DNA of 38,616 nucleotides from Candidatus Hodarchaeota archaeon (lineage in GTDB: Archaea > Asgardarchaeota > Heimdallarchaeia > Hodarchaeales > Hodarchaeaceae). Under the pieces are notes generated by a model. The model was not told the origin of the DNA. It searched no databases and was given only the letters and a program-made list of their open reading frames with translations. The stretch is taken from assembly GCA_016839785.1 (NCBI GenBank), contig JAEOTQ010000020.1:1-38616 (forward strand), in the 5' to 3' direction. This document shows, one piece after another, positions 37,015-38,616 of the stretch; positions within the stretch are counted from its first letter, which is position 1; every line of letters begins with the position of its first letter. The position numbers and the translations under genes were made by a program.

Positions 37015-37977
37015 ATGAGCTCTAATATCCTAGTAATCGGAAAAACCGCGTATAAATTAAATTTTAAAATATTATCTGATTTTTCAACCTTTAATGAATT
37101 AAAAACACATCAAGCTGCCGAAGCTAAAAGAGAATATGATGGGATGGCTTCCAATATTGTCTATGGATTAACTGTACTTGGTAGTTCACCCACACTCACT
37201 TCTATTGTCGGTAAGGATTTTGAATGGAATTTAAAACCCTATTTTGAACAATTGGGAGTAGAATTAAAATTATTTCAAGACTCTGATAGAGAAACTGCCT
37301 GTAACTTCCATCTTATGGATGAAACAGATCATTCTATACTAATAGAACAGAATAATTGTTACAACTATTTTGCGGAACAGTCCCTAATTGTTAAAATACC
37401 TCCCAAACTGCTAGATAGATTTAATGTAATATTTGTTGGGACTGGAAAGGTTGAAGCCGATGTGAAATTCCTAAATTACATATATGAAACGAACAAGGCC
37501 ATTCCAGTGGTATATTCCCCCGATGGGAACATAAGAGAGGTGTCGCAATGGCGCTTTTCCCAAATCTTGGAAAAAGTGTCAATCTTTGTTTGTAATGAAA
37601 TAGAATTGCAATTGCTTGAAGAGAAAGCAAAAGCAACTCGTTCGGATTTCTTACAAAAATATCCCCGCCTAAAATACATTGTATCTATGGAGGATCGCTC
37701 CAAAATAATAATCTATGCAAAAAATCTGAAAATTAAGGTTACTGACGGGCCTGTAACGGATGAAATCTCCAATATTGGTTGGCAAGATGCTTTTCGTGCA
37801 GGACTAATTTTTGGAGTTTCAAAAAAGAAACCGATTGATGAAGCTGCTAAGTTAGCTGCCTCGCTTGCTTCATACTATGTGGAATCACAAGGCCCTCATA
37901 GCTATTCGCCAAGTGTAGAACAAGTTCAATTACGAGCATTTGAAGTAAGAACAGTTAAGAAAGAAACTAAAAATTAG
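37015..37977 (+). CDS. PfkB/ribokinase-family protein (nucleoside-kinase-like, degenerate motifs)
   Basis: GMASNIVYGL, VGKDF, NEIE, IGWQDAFRAG (the anion-hole GAGD is altered). Confidence 0.75.
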   Translation: MSSNILVIGKTAYKLNFKILSDFSTFNELKTHQAAEAKREYDGMASNIVYGLTVLGSSPTLTSIVGKDFEWNLKPYFEQLGVELKLFQDSDRETACNFHLMDETDHSILIEQNNCYNYFAEQSLIVKIPPKLLDRFNVIFVGTGKVEADVKFLNYIYETNKAIPVVYSPDGNIREVSQWRFSQILEKVSIFVCNEIELQLLEEKAKATRSDFLQKYPRLKYIVSMEDRSKIIIYAKNLKIKVTDGPVTDEISNIGWQDAFRAGLIFGVSKKKPIDEAAKLAASLASYYVESQGPHSYSPSVEQVQLRAFEVRTVKKETKN

Positions 37978-37986
37978 AATATGTAT

Positions 37987-38364
37987 CTATGCCGCTATTC
38001 CTCTTGCGGCTGCACCATGGCTCCACAATGAAATCTGCTTGAAATTTACAAATTCAAGACCAATTTCGTCTAATTCCTTTCTTACAATCATCCTAATGCG
38101 ATTAAAGATAATAGGTCTTTGATTAACGATTTCATCTTCATTTATATCTTTTAAGATTAAATCAATATGTCTTTGAATTTGAAAGTATAGAAAAACATTT
38201 ACTGCATCAAGATCTAGATTGCCCTTAGTGACTTGAGCGAATCGCTCCAAATCCTTTGTATGATAACTTAGAATTCCTCTAAAATCAATTTCTACATTAT
38301 TAACAGAAGAAATTCGTGTATATGCGAAATCAAGTGAGTAAATGCAATGTTCTTTTATTTCCAT
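37987..38364 (-). CDS. Small stand-alone SPFH/Band-7-like domain protein (tentative)
   Basis: S.NNVEIDFRGILSYHTKD...EIVNQR..I...V.KELDEIGLEFVNF resembles the SPFH core. Confidence 0.45.
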   Translation of the reverse strand: MEIKEHCIYSLDFAYTRISSVNNVEIDFRGILSYHTKDLERFAQVTKGNLDLDAVNVFLYFQIQRHIDLILKDINEDEIVNQRPIIFNRIRMIVRKELDEIGLEFVNFKQISLWSHGAAARGIAA

Positions 38365-38378
38365 TTAATTTTTCATTC

Positions 38379-38616
38379 CTATTGACTAATATTAGAGATT
38401 AATTCAGTAAAAGCAAATTTGTCGACATCTACAAGTCCTTTATCAGTGATCTTTAAATGTGGAATTACTGGTAATGCCATAAATGATAATGCCATTAGCG
38501 GTTCATCAAAATTTGACACTTCATCCTTAAAAATTTGATTGATCGCTTCTAATTCATCATACAAGGTTTGATATGATTGTGTACTCATTAAACCACCAAA
38601 AGGAAGGGGTACCTTA
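38379..38616 (-). CDS. ade: Adenine deaminase, C-terminal part (truncated by the window edge)
   Basis: VPLPFGGLMS...PLMALSFMALPVIPHLKITDKGLVDV; the frame stays open to the window end. Confidence 0.9.
   Translation of the reverse strand, partial: KVPLPFGGLMSTQSYQTLYDELEAINQIFKDEVSNFDEPLMALSFMALPVIPHLKITDKGLVDVDKFAFTELISNISQ

Noticed and set aside
711-37703. Short overlapping or antisense ORFs in the track (e.g. 711-914, 1368-1592, 1384-1611, 4449-4826, 20276-20563, 26042-26422, 36352-36585)
   Set aside because: They are shadows of well-supported genes, with no motifs and atypical composition.
1-38616. CRISPR arrays, tRNA/rRNA, transposases, integrases
   Set aside because: No regularly spaced repeats, cloverleaf or rRNA-like segments, or DDE/tyrosine recombinase ORFs seen by eye; a covariance-model scan was not run.

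Overview
AT-rich, densely coding archaeal chromosome window. It is most likely from an Asgard archaeon, plausibly Heimdallarchaeia; this is an inference from multiple Rag/Gtr-like GTPases with roadblock/longin-like tails, uDENN/longin-like proteins, a gelsolin-like domain, a PGF-type C-terminal sorting signal, ABCE1, archaeal TrpRS, MEMO1 and BRE/TATA promoters. No rRNA, tRNA, CRISPR or mobile element was seen. Two gene sets are interleaved. (1) A signalling set: a minus-strand operon of Rag-like GTPase, degenerate GTPase, longin+gelsolin-like protein, Rag-like GTPase and an unknown gene (9975-14352); another Rag-like GTPase (17750-18661); and a longin/longin/CBS operon (25433-27917). (2) A flavin-based electron-bifurcation set: NuoE/F/G-like genes plus nfnAB (18877-25423), and a second nfnAB whose NfnA is fused to a CxxC-less thioredoxin-reductase-like domain (28126-31410). 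The strongest unexpected signal is directly visible: the first NfnB carries an extra ~90-aa C-terminal beta-rich domain (V-x-I-x-[IV]-x5-FF-x11-W-x3-E-x14/15-Y-[LM]-x2-I) that also ends both adjacent uDENN/longin-like proteins. This suggests an undescribed link between NAD(P)H/ferredoxin redox metabolism and Rag/longin-type GTPase signalling. All domain calls are by eye from motifs; no searches were run.
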